A stretch of DNA of 64,000 bases, from positions 34,410 to 98,409 of the forward strand of contig CALFVX010000015.1 of NCBI GenBank assembly GCA_937928765.1. Direction: 5' to 3'. Source of the stretch: an uncultured Endomicrobiia bacterium. GTDB taxonomy: Bacteria; Elusimicrobiota; Endomicrobiia; DTEH01. Made by a program: the position numbers and the translations under genes. Below, piece by piece: positions 62,624-64,000 of the stretch. Every line of letters begins with the position of its first letter. Positions within the stretch are counted from its first letter, which is position 1. Below the pieces are notes generated by a model. It saw only the letters and a list, made by a program, of their open reading frames with translations, was not told the DNA's origin and ran no database searches.

Positions 62624-63099
62624 TTTTCTAACGACTTTATCACAGGAATTTCTTTACATTCCATAAAAAATGGACAATTAATACATTCAGTCCATACTTT
62701 ATGAGGCAATTCCTCTCTTGGGATTATTTGGTATCCTAACTTTTTAAAAAATTCTGATACAAAGGTTAAAGCAAAAATTTTTTTTACACCTAACTTTTTT
62801 GCTTCTTTTTCAATAGTAAAAACCAATTTGCTTCCCAACCCTTTAGCTTGAAAATTTTCTTCAACAGCTAAAGATCTTATCTCTGCTAAAACTTCTTCAT
62901 TTTTTCCTGTCCAAGTAAGATGTATCGCAGCACAACCTATAACTTCTTTATTTTTACGAATAACAAAAAATTCTGATAATCTCTCATATATGTCATTTAT
63001 AACCCTCGGCAACATAAAATTTTTTTTTGCAAATTTGTTAACAAGTTTATATATTTGTGGAACATCAGAAACTTTTGCTTTTTCTATCTTATATTTCAT
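62620..63099 (-). CDS. Short GNAT N-acetyltransferase (ArgA-like N-acetylglutamate synthase)
   Basis: MLPR, AEIRSLAV, GLG..LV, FALT, FF.KLG, LPHKVW.EC..CP. Confidence 0.85.
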   Translation of the reverse strand: MKYKIEKAKVSDVPQIYKLVNKFAKKNFMLPRVINDIYERLSEFFVIRKNKEVIGCAAIHLTWTGKNEEVLAEIRSLAVEENFQAKGLGSKLVFTIEKEAKKLGVKKIFALTFVSEFFKKLGYQIIPREELPHKVWTECINCPFFMECKEIPVIKSLEK

Positions 63100-63103
63100 A
63101 ATA

Positions 63104-63649
63104 TTATTCTAAAGCATTTAAAGCTTTTAGATTTGTTTGTAATACTTTTTTATTCTTGCTAAAAATTTTTTCTAAAGTTATCTTTATACTATCAATTTTA
63201 AATATTTTTGTTTCCTTTAATACTGCTGACAACATAACTATATTAGACACAACAGTAGAACCAATTTTGTTTGCAATTTCTGTTGCAGAAACTTTTATTA
63301 TCTTTAAATTTTTTGGATAATTTTTTATAAGATCTTTTATATCTTCTTTTTCTTCTATTAAAGAAGAATTTAGAAATAAAAATTTTTGTGGTAAAAATTT
63401 TCTTACAAATTTTAAATATGACGGCAAATTCATTATAATCATAATAGTAGGATTTTCTACTATAGGTGAATATATAAATCTGTCTGAAATTTTTACCATA
63501 CAACTAGCAGTACCACCTCTTACTTCTGCACCATAGGAAGGATAATATGTAGCATACTTATCTTCTTGCAAAGATGTATATACTAAAATTTTACCTAATG
63601 ACAAAATCCCTTGTCCACCACTTCCTGCTATGAATATTTCTTCATACAT
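63104..63649 (-). CDS. 2-oxoacid:ferredoxin oxidoreductase gamma subunit
   Basis: AGSGGQGI...G, PSYGAEVRGGTA, N.VML. Confidence 0.92.
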   Translation of the reverse strand: MYEEIFIAGSGGQGILSLGKILVYTSLQEDKYATYYPSYGAEVRGGTASCMVKISDRFIYSPIVENPTIMIIMNLPSYLKFVRKFLPQKFLFLNSSLIEEKEDIKDLIKNYPKNLKIIKVSATEIANKIGSTVVSNIVMLSAVLKETKIFKIDSIKITLEKIFSKNKKVLQTNLKALNALE

Positions 63650-64000
63650 CTTTAATTACTCCTAAAGGGAAATATTTAACAAGTTCATTTTCAATCCATT
63701 CAATGCTTTCAACAGGAGATTTATGTAATCCAGATGGACACATTGACAAAATCTCTACTAAAGAAAATCCTTTGTTCTCAATTTGATTAACAAATGCTTT
63801 TTTAATATAAGATTTTGTCAATGCTACATTTTTAGGATTTGTAACAGCTCCTCTTGCGAGATATTTTGTGCCTTCAATAACACTAAGCAATTCACAAACT
63901 TTTAAAGGATAACCATCTTTATAAATTTCTCTTCCATATGGGGTAGTCAATGTTTTTTGTCCTAAAATCGTTGTAGGTGCCATTTGTCCCGAAGTCATAC
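63642..64000 (-). CDS. 2-oxoacid:ferredoxin oxidoreductase beta subunit (5' end outside window)
   Basis: MTSGQMAPTT, TTPYGR, G.P, GFS.VE.LS.CP. Confidence 0.9.
   Translation of the reverse strand, partial: MTSGQMAPTTILGQKTLTTPYGREIYKDGYPLKVCELLSVIEGTKYLARGAVTNPKNVALTKSYIKKAFVNQIENKGFSLVEILSMCPSGLHKSPVESIEWIENELVKYFPLGVIKDV

Noticed and set aside
3330..63503. Numerous 60-155 aa ORFs overlapping recognised genes (e.g. 3330..3797, 29470..29892, 33180..33551, 36212..36637)
   Set aside because: They lie antisense or out of frame within well-conserved genes and show no motifs; expected shadows in AT-rich DNA.
1..64000. Stop-codon recoding, RNA genes, T-boxes/riboswitches, mobile elements
   Set aside because: TGA, TAG and TAA all end genes at expected lengths; intergenic gaps lack GC-rich structured segments; no transposase or integrase motifs seen.

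Overview
Very AT-rich (roughly 25% GC by eye), densely packed core-chromosome segment of a diderm, LPS-producing, probably anaerobic bacterium. The gene repertoire is reminiscent of Elusimicrobiota/Endomicrobiia, which is an inference and was not tested. Almost all genes are on the minus strand. In transcription order: 2-oxoacid:ferredoxin oxidoreductase beta/gamma, GNAT, DinG, nfo; the mraZ-rsmH-ftsL-ftsI-murE-murF-mraY-murD-ftsW-murG dcw cluster running into LUD-pyrR-pyrB-pyrC-pyrK; a plus-strand block (PAC2-family, GDT1, parA, parB, unknown secreted protein); outer-membrane protein-HNH-SPFH-wzz-ugd-uxs; ppdK-accB-accC-hisA-hisI-trpE-trpG-trpD-trpC-trpF-nifU-rnhA-waaL; a lipid A/LPS cluster with two GT-C transferases and an archaeal-type thyA; and aspS-phoH-HD phosphodiesterase-ybeY-2x CNNM-mgtE-recO-glyQ-glyS. 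I found no rRNA, tRNA, CRISPR array, transposase or prophage, and no clear-cut new multi-gene system. The most notable oddities are at residue level: an AccB whose biotin-accepting Lys is Arg, a PyrR lacking RNA-binding residues and any attenuator, a minimal RNase HI ending before the fourth acidic residue, a GT-C lacking the DE motif, and a divergent promoter pair sharing one palindromic -35.
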